The position numbers were made by a program, and so were the translations under genes. From an uncultured Nitrososphaerales archaeon (GTDB lineage: Archaea; Thermoproteota; Nitrososphaeria; Nitrososphaerales; Nitrososphaeraceae), in contig CAVOHZ010000010.1 of NCBI GenBank assembly GCA_963695855.1, forward strand, positions 800,001 through 864,000: a stretch of DNA of 64,000 bases. Reading direction: 5' to 3'. The stretch's first letter is position 1; each line of letters opens with the position of its first letter. The notes under the pieces are model-generated. The model did no database searches. It was given only the letters and a program-made list of their open reading frames with translations, and was not told the DNA's origin. This document shows positions 39,820 through 51,064 of this stretch, piece by piece.

Positions 39820-40989
39820 TTAATTAAATTTAACAATTTCAATCCAATTTGGATCTTTACCCGACTCATACCGATCCAAGAGTTTTAATTCACCAGTTTC
39901 TGGATTGATCGCATGTACCGATACATGATCTGATTTTTGTCCTGCTACAATCACAAAATTGCCCTTAGGATCAATGTTAATACCACGTGGCATCTTTTCA
40001 GTATCGTAAGTTCCAACGTAAGTCAAATTACCTAAGTGACGGTCAACAGCAAATGCGCTAATTGTGTTGGTAGCTCTTTCACTTACGTATAACCATTTAC
40101 CATCAGGTGTTATGTGAATATCTGCAACTTTAATAATGGTAGATTCCCCATCAGCCATACCTTGGGCACCATATCCAGCTACAGGAGATGATGGTTCAAG
40201 GTTAATGTTAGGAGGGATTACTGAAATTCTCTGGATTTCCGTTAAAATCCCTGTCTTGTTATTAATCTCATAAGAATAAACCGTACCATCCATTTCATTT
40301 GATACATAAACAAACTTATTATTTGGTGAAAAATCAAAATGGCGTGGTCCAGAACCATCTTTAGTATATACAACATCAGGATCATTTGGTGTAAGAGCCC
40401 CAGTGGATTCATTAAACAAATATTGTTTTATCTGATCATTTCCTAACTGAGGTACATACACAAATCGGTTGGATGCATCAACTAAAATTGAATGGGGTTT
40501 TGGACCCGTGGGAATCACCTGTACAGGTTCTGCTTGGACGAAACCTTTGAGGTCTATTGGGTTTACCGCAATTTTCGCACCGGTATAGGATGCTGATAAA
40601 AGAAAACGTCCGGTTTGATCTACTGAGATATATGCCATGTTATCTGGTAATGGTTCTTTAGAAAGATGAGTTAGGTTACCACTCTCAGAATTAATTGAAT
40701 AAGATATTACTGAAAAAGGTTCTGAACGAACAGACGCATAAAGGAACCGATGATCCGGACTCAATGTCATATGCATTACGTTTGGCCCGGCAGGTACCTT
40801 TTCCACCAATTTCATATCACCTGTTTCAGGGTTTAACTTCATGATTGCAATATTTCCATCACCACCATTAGAAACATACACAAACGTTCTATCTGAATTA
40901 GCATAAACAAACGTTCTATCTGAATTAGTCTGATTTATTACCATAAATAAAATCGCAATCACTAGCGCACCCACAATAATTCTAAGCAC
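39820..40989 (-). CDS. Secreted lactonase-family 7-bladed beta-propeller (Pgl-like)
   Basis: GSGPRHFDF, ADIHITPDGKWLYVSER, PRG.NIDP.G, PNWIEI; signal peptide; 27-bp internal duplication (NSDRTFVY x2). Confidence 0.88.
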   Translation of the reverse strand: MLRIIVGALVIAILFMVINQTNSDRTFVYANSDRTFVYVSNGGDGNIAIMKLNPETGDMKLVEKVPAGPNVMHMTLSPDHRFLYASVRSEPFSVISYSINSESGNLTHLSKEPLPDNMAYISVDQTGRFLLSASYTGAKIAVNPIDLKGFVQAEPVQVIPTGPKPHSILVDASNRFVYVPQLGNDQIKQYLFNESTGALTPNDPDVVYTKDGSGPRHFDFSPNNKFVYVSNEMDGTVYSYEINNKTGILTEIQRISVIPPNINLEPSSPVAGYGAQGMADGESTIIKVADIHITPDGKWLYVSERATNTISAFAVDRHLGNLTYVGTYDTEKMPRGINIDPKGNFVIVAGQKSDHVSVHAINPETGELKLLDRYESGKDPNWIEIVKFN

Positions 40990-41196
40990 GAAACTATGCA
41001 GTGTTTTTTTGTTATTATTAATTTATCTATATGTTATTGTCAGTAGATATTATAGCTTGAACCAACTTTTTGGAATCACTTGAAATAAAGATTAATCAAA
41101 AAAGATCCATGTAAATAGAAAACATTTTGTATTCTATTCTAATAGCCATTTCGATATCTATAATAACAATGACTAAAATCCTTAAATATTTGAAAA

Positions 41197-41514
41197 ATGC
41201 AACCAGTTGACAAAAATGGTAGGAAATCAAATTATTCATTTCTAACAAAATCAGAATATGAATTACTCAATGGAAAAGGAGAACAATCTATTTCAAAAAA
41301 CTTTAGATATAAAATGCTATCAAATAATAAAAAGGAGGTTCGCATATTCTTGGAAAATGTATTACCACTACTTGTAGAAAATAACTTGATTTCCTTTGGT
41401 TATGACAGTTACAATTTTGATCCCAATATTGTAGGAAATATTGAAAATGATAATGACTTTAAGCAAAAGGTCGCTCGATCGAATCTCGCTCAAGTCTGTA
41501 ATACAGAAAACTAA
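41197..41514 (+). pseudogene. ORF reading through attR; probable N-terminal fragment of a split (SSV1-type) integrase
   Basis: Its last ~15 codons (KQKVARSNLAQVCNT) are encoded by the degenerate tRNA 3' half; no catalytic R-H-R-Y domain. Confidence 0.5.
41460..41504 (+). repeat. attR: degenerate copy of the tRNA-Thr 3' half plus 7 downstream nt
   Basis: TAAGCAAAAGGTCGCTCGATCGAATCTCGCTCAAGTCTGTAATAC vs 22958-23002, 39/45 identical, ungapped. Confidence 0.85.
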
Positions 41515-41576
41515 AAAATATAATATTATCTGATATACCTAAAAATGGTAATTAGCTTAATCTCAAACAGTGACAG

Positions 41577-41714
41577 TTATTCACCTTCATATTTCTCTTC
41601 TTCCACTTCATCTTCTTCTTCCTGTTTATCATCCTCTATGTGATGAACTTCATCCTTAGTTTCTTCTCTTTCAGTTTGTTCACCTTCTTCGTCATTTTCA
41701 GATTTATTACTCAT
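41577..41714 (-). CDS. 45-aa highly acidic small protein (not in ORF track)
   Basis: MSNKSENDEEGEQTEREETKDEVHHIEDDKQEEEDEVEEEKYEGE; TTTATAA TATA-like box upstream. Confidence 0.5.
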   Translation of the reverse strand: MSNKSENDEEGEQTEREETKDEVHHIEDDKQEEEDEVEEEKYEGE

Positions 41715-42119
41715 AATTATAATGTTATAAAACTAAATCTAATAACTTTATTGTCATGTTTTTTTATTTTTGAAAAAAATCATTTATTTCTAACTTGCTA
41801 AGTATTTTTGTAATATGTAAAGATTTTTGGATTTAGGATTGAGAGTAATTGAATTCAATGTTTCAATAACCATTTCCCTCAACTCTTTAGATAAATAAAT
41901 AAAATATTTATTCCCTTGTAATATCATTAAAGAAGAACGTGTATGAAATATTCTTTTGTATATTTTTATTAGTTCGGATCAACAATTATCCGATATAATG
42001 CTTATCTGGATTAGGCGATTCAATGAACCTCAGAATTCTCATACCCAATTTATAATCATGGGCAAAATAACTTCATTATCTCGATTTGAAAATTGTGCGG
42101 GTTAGGTCCTTTTTTCCAT

Positions 42120-42259
42120 TATGTGAAAAGCACACTTTCAAAATTATCAATTTTTTTTTTAATTTGGCTTTTAATCTTTCGATGATAATTACCTACTAAT
42201 TCTTTATTATGTAATAGCCATTGTAATTCTGTTTTAGTAAATAGCGATGGTTTAACAAT
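42120..42259 (-). pseudogene. Relic homologous to ORF 41197-41514 (second putative integrase N-terminal fragment)
   Basis: SLFTKTELQWLLHNKELVGNYHRKIKSQIKKK aligns with SFLTKSEYELLNGK..KNFRYKMLSNNKK; frameshift at a poly-A run. Confidence 0.45.
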
Positions 42260-43679
42260 TTGGTTATCTCAATTTTCGCTTGCTAATATTTTATCATAGA
42301 TAAAATCAATTTAAGAGAAAAAAATAACAAAGCGACAATAATTTTAGAATGACAATCTGATACTTTAGTATTCTACGACAAAAATATTCTTGTCAGTAAA
42401 CAGATGGTCTTTATAGGTATGCACAGAAAATGAAGGGATATTGTTATCATGTTATGTATGCTGAAGTTGTTATTTGGGATAACTGGTCTTACATTTATCT
42501 TCAGTTTGCTCAATAGCCTGAATACATTTAAAATAGTCATTCCCTGACTTCTGGAAAGATATCGTGAGATTACCTTCATTACGAGAATCAATTCTAGGTC
42601 TACTACTGTCTCCAGTTTGCAATTTTTGTTTATATCTACTCTGATTTTAGAGGTTTCTGGCACAAAACACCCAATTAAAAACCGTATATATACCAAAAGG
42701 CTACCCCTCTATCACATTGCCATAGTTACCAAGCCTTTGTCAAGCAACCTATGCCAGATACTCTAACTTTTTTTACAAGATTTCCGATATATTACATATT
42801 AGGCAAAAAATACCATATTTTAGAATTTTTGAGGTTATTTTACTTTATTTAATATTATTTATGGTCGTAATAGATTAGAAATATCTGGCTTTTCTATATT
42901 TTGGCCTCTTTTCTATATTTTGGCCTACTTAACTCAGCCAAAGTATCTTCAAAGATATAAACAAAGTATTCATAATTTATAGACCGCGTGACTGGATAGA
43001 TATAAACAAAATAAAGCATTTAGAACAATATTTATTTTCATTTATATTGACATAATCACACTTTCGACATTATAAAACTGAGAATTTGGTCTTATTATAT
43101 GCCAATAACAGAGGAATATTTTCTTATCGAGATGACGGGTAACAATTCATTCGCAACTCAATTTGATCCTTCTAATACCACTGCGGATGTTTCGTTGGAT
43201 CCAAGTACTCATGTAATAATGAAACACTTTCTCAAGATTTAGATACTTTGAAACAGCAATTCCCTGATCCACGATTCGTTGATCCGCCATGTTCAACACC
43301 ATTTTTTGAGATTGTATTTAAAGTACTATCTTACGGCAACAGGAACAAGAGGAGCGAGACTATGCCAGATCTGTACTATACAAAACCAATTTGTCGTTCT
43401 GAATGAAGAATGGGATTGGGAAATAATTATCAGGGAAGACTTGGGAACCAGTATACCAATGGAACAGAGCTTTTTTTTCTTTTTTCAATGTTAATTAATC
43501 TGTTACTCTAAGGACGTTGCTACCAACAGCAATAACATGAATACTAGTAAAAGATTTGTTTTAATAATGTGAAAACTCTTTTTTCAGTACCTCCCTTTTA
43601 TCTTTTGGCACCTTATAATAATTTATATTTACATCTCGATTTTGTTTTCTAGTAGGATATATTACATTATATTTAATTA

Positions 43680-44059
43680 AAAATATCTTAATAGTCGATA
43701 ATGATCTTGTTACTTCCTTTAGATACAAGAAATGGTTGAAGAAGAAGGTTTCAATCTAACTTTAATAAACGACCCACAATTAACAGAAAAAAAATTTTAG
43801 ATCTCAAGACTATGATCTTGTTCTTATTGGTTTTAGAATGTCTGTAATGGATGGTTTTGATCTTTATTATAAATTGCTTGAAATATCAAAAAGGGTAGAG
43901 GATACACCTCAAGAATTTAAAATAAGTTTTATAACATCATCACTAATAAATTATAAAGCGTTAGCAGAAATCCATCCAGAATTCGGAGAGGAATGTTATG
44001 TTTCAAAGCAAGATCCAAAAGATATTTTTATAAACCGTATCAATTCCTTGATACCCTGA
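43680..44059 (+). pseudogene. Response-regulator receiver domain, frameshifted
   Basis: NILIVDND / EEEGF..NDP / YDLVLIGFRMSVMDGFDLY..ISFITS spread over different frames. Confidence 0.7.
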
Positions 44060-44781
44060 ATAACCCATTTCTTATTTTTTAACTCTTCAATATCTTCTAT
44101 GGTATACAGTAAATAATTTGAGGTATCCGAAGATGATGTATGTAACAACATAAGTATGACACTAATGACATCATTGTATATCGTTTCTACCTTTAAAGTA
44201 CCAATAAAAACTAGTGTTCCAGCATCATAGTAAAAACAATTTAACTTAAAACCTGCAGATATATTAGATTAGTATATGCATATACATAATACGTTCTCCT
44301 GATATTATCAAATACTGTAGCATCGTTACCAATATGATAACATTCTCTAATAACCAAGCAAACCCTCTACCCAGTCATAGGTACCAAGACAATGAGATGT
44401 TATTACAGGGATTCACAGATGATAAATTTCATGATGAGTATTGTTCAACATCTGCGGAATATCTTCTAGAAATGTAAACAAAAGAGTACTGGTAGCACCA
44501 CGTTGTCTTGTTCTAACAATATTATTATTTAGTGATAAAAAATGATGGTGAGCAAAGTAAAGAAGAAATCAAAAATTTGACAGAACGTGATAAAATAAAA
44601 GAAGATGCATTACTATATTTGTAAGATCAAATATTGAATCGGATAGAAAATTTAGAGAATAAGAGAAATGAGATCTCTAGAATATATCAAAAATAAATTT
44701 CAATAATAGTGTCAACAACAATATTTGCATTAGTAAAGATCACTGCTACGCAAGTGACAAAAAATATCTTTATTTGACGTA

Positions 44782-45432
44782 CTACTTACCAAAGTCTCGA
44801 TAGTCTTCTAAAACAAAGTCAAAATTAGCAAATTTTGTTCCATTTTTATCAACAATTTTCATTATTAATGGCTCTTTTACAAAGATATCCATATTTGGGT
44901 CTCCTTCAAAATATAATTGACTAACCAATGAGGGATTACCAGGGTTTTCAGGAATCCATGCCTTTACATGTATATGCGCAGGCCTAATAATATTTCCTTG
45001 AGAATAACTTCCAGGGAGTATAGTATCTAGTGTATAGTTTCCATTCTCATCAGAAATAACTTTGCCTCTTAGATTAAAATCCTTATTGTCGTACTTTCCT
45101 TTAGAATCTGCTTGCCAAAAATCTAAAACGACACCATTTACTGGATGGCAGTCAGGAAAACTCATGACTTTCCCAGTAACTACTAACCTTTCTCCTTCCA
45201 TTTCTCCGACAAACTCTTTTCCTTCTTTGATTGGTGCACCTTCTTTATAGTATGGTCCTTGTACTGTCGGAAGGGTTAGTTCACAAGATGGATTTATTTC
45301 GTTCATTTTGGCGTCATCTGATGAAGTGTTACTATTTTGAGCAAAAGAGTCAGAATATGACAAGACAGAAAAGAAAAGAGTAATTATAATCGAAAATATA
45401 ACTCTAGTTTTTAAACTATTGATCTTTAACAT
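44782..45432 (-). CDS. Secreted intradiol ring-cleavage dioxygenase family protein
   Basis: QGPYY, DFWQADSKGKY, LRG, TILPG.Y, RPAHIH, QLYF Fe-ligand motifs; signal peptide. Confidence 0.92.
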   Translation of the reverse strand: MLKINSLKTRVIFSIIITLFFSVLSYSDSFAQNSNTSSDDAKMNEINPSCELTLPTVQGPYYKEGAPIKEGKEFVGEMEGERLVVTGKVMSFPDCHPVNGVVLDFWQADSKGKYDNKDFNLRGKVISDENGNYTLDTILPGSYSQGNIIRPAHIHVKAWIPENPGNPSLVSQLYFEGDPNMDIFVKEPLIMKIVDKNGTKFANFDFVLEDYRDFGK

Positions 45433-45818
45433 CTGTTTGTAAAGGATACATTCAATTTATAAAAGTATTGTAACAATCCACTCACAACAATATTGAATTT
45501 ACTAATCATCTGAAAATTCAAGACAATATGAATCTGCCATTATAAATCGATTATTACTTAACTAAATAAACAAATGTTTATGGTGTGGGGACAATTGATA
45601 ATAAAATTTAATCGCTAATAGATATACCAGGTATTTACTAAACAATGAGTTGAACTATCTTGTTGATATGTTTAAAGACTAATTTGAAATTGATCTTTTG
45701 ACGAATTGCTAAGTGTCTAACTGAAATTTTTAGAGAAAATTTATGATATTACTTAAATTCTAAATTCAAAAATATAACACTAGTGTAAAATTATCTCATT
45801 TAAGTGCTTATATATACA

Positions 45819-46241
45819 TCAAATTTGATCAATTCCACTTATTTTATTTTCTATAATTTTTTCAATTTCCTTCAATTGATTACTGTTAATCAATATATCA
45901 GCTTTACTCTGACTATCGATGTCTTCTATACGTGTACTTCCTCTAGGTAGATCTTCTAATACATTTACTGCAGAAGTTTCGGCTGCAATTTGTGATTGTG
46001 CTAATACTATTGATGCTTGATTTAGATCTGCATTACTTAGATCTGCATTACTTAGCATTGATGATTGATTATTAATAAAAAGAACTCTGAAATTTTCTGG
46101 GAGATATGATAATAGAGAATCTCGTTGTTGACCTGTAACAAATGACTCTGATAACATTAAGTGTATAGATAAAATAGCTAAAATAAAAATCAAAAAGAAT
46201 GATAATAAATTTAAATTTGTAAACACTTTGTTGTTTACCAT
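45819..46241 (-). CDS. Hypothetical secreted protein with short pentapeptide repeat
   Basis: N-terminal TM; LSNAD-LSNAD-LNQAS. Confidence 0.55.
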   Translation of the reverse strand: MVNNKVFTNLNLLSFFLIFILAILSIHLMLSESFVTGQQRDSLLSYLPENFRVLFINNQSSMLSNADLSNADLNQASIVLAQSQIAAETSAVNVLEDLPRGSTRIEDIDSQSKADILINSNQLKEIEKIIENKISGIDQI

Positions 46242-48379
46242 ACATTCAAAAGCATTTTATACTATATATATAGGTAAACTTTTAGAGTTTAAAGTTCTTT
46301 ATTTTTGAATTTCTTTCACGTCTTTTATAGATCTCGCTATGTTTGTTTTATTATTAATCCGACAAGATTTCATTGGATTGTTCAACTGCTAGTTTGAGCG
46401 CTCCTATTGCTTATAGAACGTCTAAACTCCTCTTTCCTTGTGATTAGATCTTCTTTATCTCTGTTGCTAACAGGATGTGATCAATTTTGAATAGTATTTC
46501 TGATTTAACGACGTTCTTATCGATAAATGATTTAATTGATATCAGAACTCGCTTTTTTATTATTTGAAGATATTTGCCACTTTTAGAAGCTATTGCTCCA
46601 CATACTCTCTTTTTAACATAATTGCTAATACGGTATGTACAGAATCAGATGGTAAAACAGTATAAACGATTTTCGTCATATATATTATTTACATCCATTA
46701 AATTACGTTCATTACGATTTTACAAAAAGGTACTAATCTAAAATTTGATAAATAAAGAATTAAAATATTTGTTTAATGACTGTTTTTATGAGATTCTTTT
46801 AGTTGGTCGGATGCTACTGGTATCAGTTTATACTTTATTATCCTCATATCATAATTCTGCCCGACGTCACTATAGATCAGAATTTTAACTTTATGAATAG
46901 ATCCGAGATTTTACAGGATTTTATGCAAAGCTTATGATCCAGAAATATTCTAAAAATGACAGCAGATGATTTCAATATTTGCAGGCAAGTTTATCACAAT
47001 AAAAAATCAAATAGCCAAACTGAATTATATCAAGATTTTATAAAGTAATGATACATTTTCAAAAGACGATACTTGCTTTTCTGAGAGAGGTTTCCAGGTG
47101 GCTTGACTTTATGAAAAAATATTGTGTTTCTTTATGTGAATCTAATGTTGTTCAAGGACAAGTTTTCTAAGCACCATACTTCATTAATTTTTATTTTTTT
47201 CAGGATGACCGCGGTATTGATATTGGATTCTTTTTAAATATTAGGTTCTATAAAAAAATTTTAGAGCGTCTTGCAATGTGAATTTTGCTTTAGATCATAA
47301 AACAAAACACAATTGTTAAGCAGTTCAACTGATTGTCAAGAAAGCGTATGCTCTCTTAAGGAAGTTCAATAAAATGGCAGTTCAAAATAATAAAAAAAAG
47401 GTTAGGCATTTATAATAATTGGTTTTTCTTCCTTTTCTGTGTAATCTTCTTCTTGCTTTTTAACCAATTTCTTGTATTTTAGTTCAATTTTCTCTGGTAT
47501 TTCGTAATCGAAACACATGCAAATATACTTGAACTTCGTTTCTAATAAATATTATATTATTCAGCTTGATTTATACCAGTTCTTTTATCTGTCTGCTTTG
47601 TTATGACCTTCAAAATTCATTATAGGCTTTGACAGCTTTTGATGGTCTCTCTATTGACGTTGAATCTTTGGATGTAAATTTTTAGTCAAGTCGTCTTGTG
47701 TATTAATTGAAAAAATATATGTACAATTCATCTTAATTTAATTGAAAGGAAAATATGGTATTATACGTCGATATTTGTCATTCCGTTTCTGTCTGTAGTC
47801 TTAATATACATCATATTGTCTAATACAAAGTCAGCAGCTTAGAGACTATCCGAAAGTTAAAAATGCGTATTTTATTGGCAAAATATACCGATTAAATGGT
47901 TTTCATCTATACTACAGATAGTTATTTTAGTGAAAGTTATTTATGTCAAAGATAATGATACGATTTGTATTAGATCTATATGTTCTGCAAATAAGCAGAA
48001 CATTAAAAGATCAGTGTTACAAACGTAGTAAGACAGAAAGTCAAAAAAATGGCAGAATACTAAAAAATATCATCATTATCGTAATTGTGGCAATAATCCT
48101 AACTGATCTTTTCTCATCGGATACTACCGGTAACATTGCAACCTCATGTTAATGATATTTCGTATTAGAACGTGAAGTTTACGCAAATAAAATAATAAAT
48201 TCAGATATTCATAATTGACCCAATAAACTTCAAGATTATGAATTAGTAAATATTTCTTTAAAAATAAAAACTTGATGAAATCAGCGTTAACGAAAAGAAT
48301 TGATACATTAGTATAAAATTATCTTAATATTTTTTCACAGTATTGTGACTATACATTAAATCTGTATCAGTATCGAAAT

Positions 48380-48604
48380 TCAATTTAATTGTCCACTCTC
48401 AAACCAAAATTTAAATTCATCAAATGTCGGTTTTTTATCTTTACTGGCAACTAAATTTAGATGATAGAGCACATAGTTTATCTTTTCAATTGTCTTTTTA
48501 TTATCATCAATAATTTCTTCTGCAACTTCTAAAGATTTCTTTCGTAAATCAGAAGGGAGGCTGGTTCACCATTCGGCAAATGTTCTTTTTCTCATGTTTG
48601 TCAT
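48380..48604 (-). pseudogene. Small hypothetical protein with in-frame TGA
   Basis: MTNMRKRTFAEW*TSLPSDLRKK..INYVLYHL..KPTFDEFKFWFESGQLN; TGA at 48566-48568, probably from TGG. Confidence 0.5.
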
Positions 48605-49132
48605 AACTAATTGTTTACTAGATGATTTAAAAAATTTTTGATAAAGATTTATCTATCAATATAATATACTAATATAATTTTATTATTATATATACAAGAA
48701 ATAATCTTTATACAAAATATTATTACAGATATTTTGTTAATTAAGAGAAATTATGAATAATTTACTTTTATACATGTTATTTTATGTTATTTTTTTGAGC
48801 TAAAACCTTCACATGAATTTTTTTGATAAGGTTATATTTTTGATAAATTTTATTTGATTTTTTATCATAAATTCACTGCTTGAATCTACCTAATGTGCAA
48901 CAAGATTTTCTATCTAAATTAATATAATTATAGAATTGCAAATAATTTATTAATAATCTTATACTCGCAACATTCCAGATCATTCTCCTGTTGAAGACTT
49001 GCTTATTTCATAATGTACCTAAACATATTTTTTTATCTATGTTAGTATCATTAAATCAGAATATTGAATTAGTAAAAATTTATTTAATGATCTGTCCTAG
49101 CTCAGATATATTTAATCGAGTAACAAGAAATA

Positions 49133-50341
49133 ATGAATAGACAAAAAAACAAAACGATCAGTTTTGTTCTAATGATCATAGCAGCAGCGAGTATAACGGG
49201 TCTAGTGGCTCCGTCATTAGGCACAGATGTACAAGCAGAAAGGGATGGAGACGAATATAAGTCTAATTACAACGATGACAGACAAAAATCATATTACAAC
49301 GATGACAGACAAAAATCATATTACAACGATGACAGACAAAAATCATATTACAACGATGACAGACAAAAATCATATTACAACGATGACAGACAAAAATCAT
49401 ATTACAACGATGACAGACAAAAATCATATTACAACGATGACAGACAAAAATCATATTACAACGATGACAGACAAAAATCATATTACAACGATGACAGACA
49501 AAAATCATATTACAACGACAATTATGCAAGCAATGAATATGCAAAATATTTTGATCCAAAAGATAAAAATGTAAAAGTAGAGGTAATTAAATGTGATAAC
49601 GCGATAACAAACATATTTGATGCAGATCAAGAGCAGAGCCAATTTCAAATACCTGTAAACGTTGGCATCGGTGGACTTGGAGCAACAGAAGCTGAGGAAG
49701 GCGCAACAGCAGCAGGTGGACAGGATGAAAATAAATTTGCTCAATTAAGCATTGACAAGAATACAGTTGTATGGTGTAAAAGCGAAAATAAGTATAAGGT
49801 CGATGTTGATTTAATACAAGGACAAGGCCAATCTAGCGAGCAAAATACTGGTGATGGATTGCAAAGCAACACTAACACCATAGAAGATCAATCAGAAAGG
49901 GAACATAACAATTACGAGTCTAAATACAAAGATAGCTATGGAAAGGATGGATATAACAATTACGAGTCTAAATACAAAGATAGCTATGGAAAGGATGGAT
50001 ATAACAATTACGAGTCTAAATACAAAGATAGCTATGGAAAGGATGGATATAACAATTACGAGTCTAAATACAAAGATAGCTATGGAGAGGATGGATATAA
50101 CAATTACGAGTCTAAATACAAAGATAGCTATGGAAAGGATTCTAAATACAAAGATAGCTATGGAAAGGATTCTAAATACAAAGATAGCTATGGAAAGGAT
50201 TCTAAATACAAAGATAGCTATGGAAAGGATTCTAAATACAAAGATAGCTATGGAGAGGATGAATATAAAAAACATTATGACCGAGAAGATAGCAAATATC
50301 GAGAAGATAGCAAATATTATGATTATGACCAAGAAGACTAA
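49133..50341 (+). CDS. Secreted Tyr/Asp/Lys-rich tandem-repeat protein
   Basis: Signal peptide ending VQA; 9x (S)YYNDDRQK; central domain with two Cys; C-terminal 16-aa and 10-aa repeats. Confidence 0.8.
   Translation: MNRQKNKTISFVLMIIAAASITGLVAPSLGTDVQAERDGDEYKSNYNDDRQKSYYNDDRQKSYYNDDRQKSYYNDDRQKSYYNDDRQKSYYNDDRQKSYYNDDRQKSYYNDDRQKSYYNDDRQKSYYNDNYASNEYAKYFDPKDKNVKVEVIKCDNAITNIFDADQEQSQFQIPVNVGIGGLGATEAEEGATAAGGQDENKFAQLSIDKNTVVWCKSENKYKVDVDLIQGQGQSSEQNTGDGLQSNTNTIEDQSEREHNNYESKYKDSYGKDGYNNYESKYKDSYGKDGYNNYESKYKDSYGKDGYNNYESKYKDSYGEDGYNNYESKYKDSYGKDSKYKDSYGKDSKYKDSYGKDSKYKDSYGKDSKYKDSYGEDEYKKHYDREDSKYREDSKYYDYDQED
49267..49518. repeat. 27-bp perfect tandem repeat x~9.3
   Basis: Unit TTACAACGATGACAGACAAAAATCATA. 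Confidence 0.95.
49905..50260. repeat. 48-bp tandem repeat x~5 followed by its 30-bp sub-unit x4
   Basis: ATAACAATTACGAGTCTAAATACAAAGATAGCTATGGAAAGGATGGAT then TCTAAATACAAAGATAGCTATGGAAAGGAT. Confidence 0.95.
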
Positions 50342-51064
50342 TCAAAGCGAATGAAAGTAAAAGAAGTCACATAAAAATATTTTTTTCTTAAATATTTTTT
50401 TCTTTTTTAACGAATTACTATTGATCAAAAGTAATCATTCTCAACATCTATTCTTTTTCACATGAATAATTCTGAATGTTAAATATTAAACTACTTTTAA
50501 TGTTTCTCCTAGCCAGGATAAATTAAGAACATAAATAACTAACTAACTAATGGACAAACAGACTAGAGACGGACTAGAAATAACACATGGTCTTCACTAT
50601 TATTTGATGTCTCGAGTACAAGAATAAATGTATAAGATGAAACCCGAAAATATAGATGAAATTTTTCCTAAATTTCAGCAATTACTCCCAGATGCCTTCT
50701 GTAAGCAACTTAATTCATATCATATATCAAAGATAGATCTTTCAAAGTTTGACGAACGTTTAATTAAGACACTTCAGCATGAGAATCCCAAACATACAAT
50801 ATAATATATCTAATTGAGATAAAGAATGAGGGTACTCTCAGGAGATTAATGAATAAGTGCCCAGCAAAGGATTTTATAAATTCATGAATAAAAATCGAAA
50901 AAACATCATTCTTTTTTACCTTTTCAAATTAGGCAATCAATCAATCTATTATTGTGTTGATAATACTATTTATTTGCACTGTTGCGTTAATTTTGCCCCT
51001 ATTTTGAGATAATTTATATCTAGACGTATAATTTAAATTCAAAAATTTCTATATTTTCAATAAA

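Larger units (their letters stand above)
22958..41504. mobile_element. Decayed tRNA-Thr-integrated element / genomic island (~18.5 kb)
   Basis: Bounded by the tRNA 3' half (22958-23002) and a 39/45-identical direct copy (41460-41504); contains IS5, duplications, pseudogenes and RHH genes; no intact integrase seen. Confidence 0.75.

Noticed and set aside
41460-41504. A second tRNA gene or split-tRNA half
   Set aside because: Only the 3' half is present, the T-stem pairing is broken by substitutions, and no complementary leader for trans-splicing is visible; it fits an att remnant.
42373-43494. ORFs 42373-42696 and 43279-43494 as real genes
   Set aside because: Non-ATG starts, no motifs, located in a degraded region; cannot be supported.
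48566-48568. In-frame TGA as selenocysteine or recoding (also the TGA at 34995)
   Set aside because: Context suggests Trp or Ser codons mutated to stop in decaying regions; no Cys-like position or SECIS-like structure seen.
49227-50354. 27/48/30-bp repeats as a CRISPR array, and the alternative-frame ORFs (MTDKNHITT, CHRCNMIFV, ILSIAIFVFR)
   Set aside because: Head-to-tail repeats without spacers; the extra ORFs are stop-free shadows of the repeats, and only the 402-aa frame has a signal peptide and unique domains.
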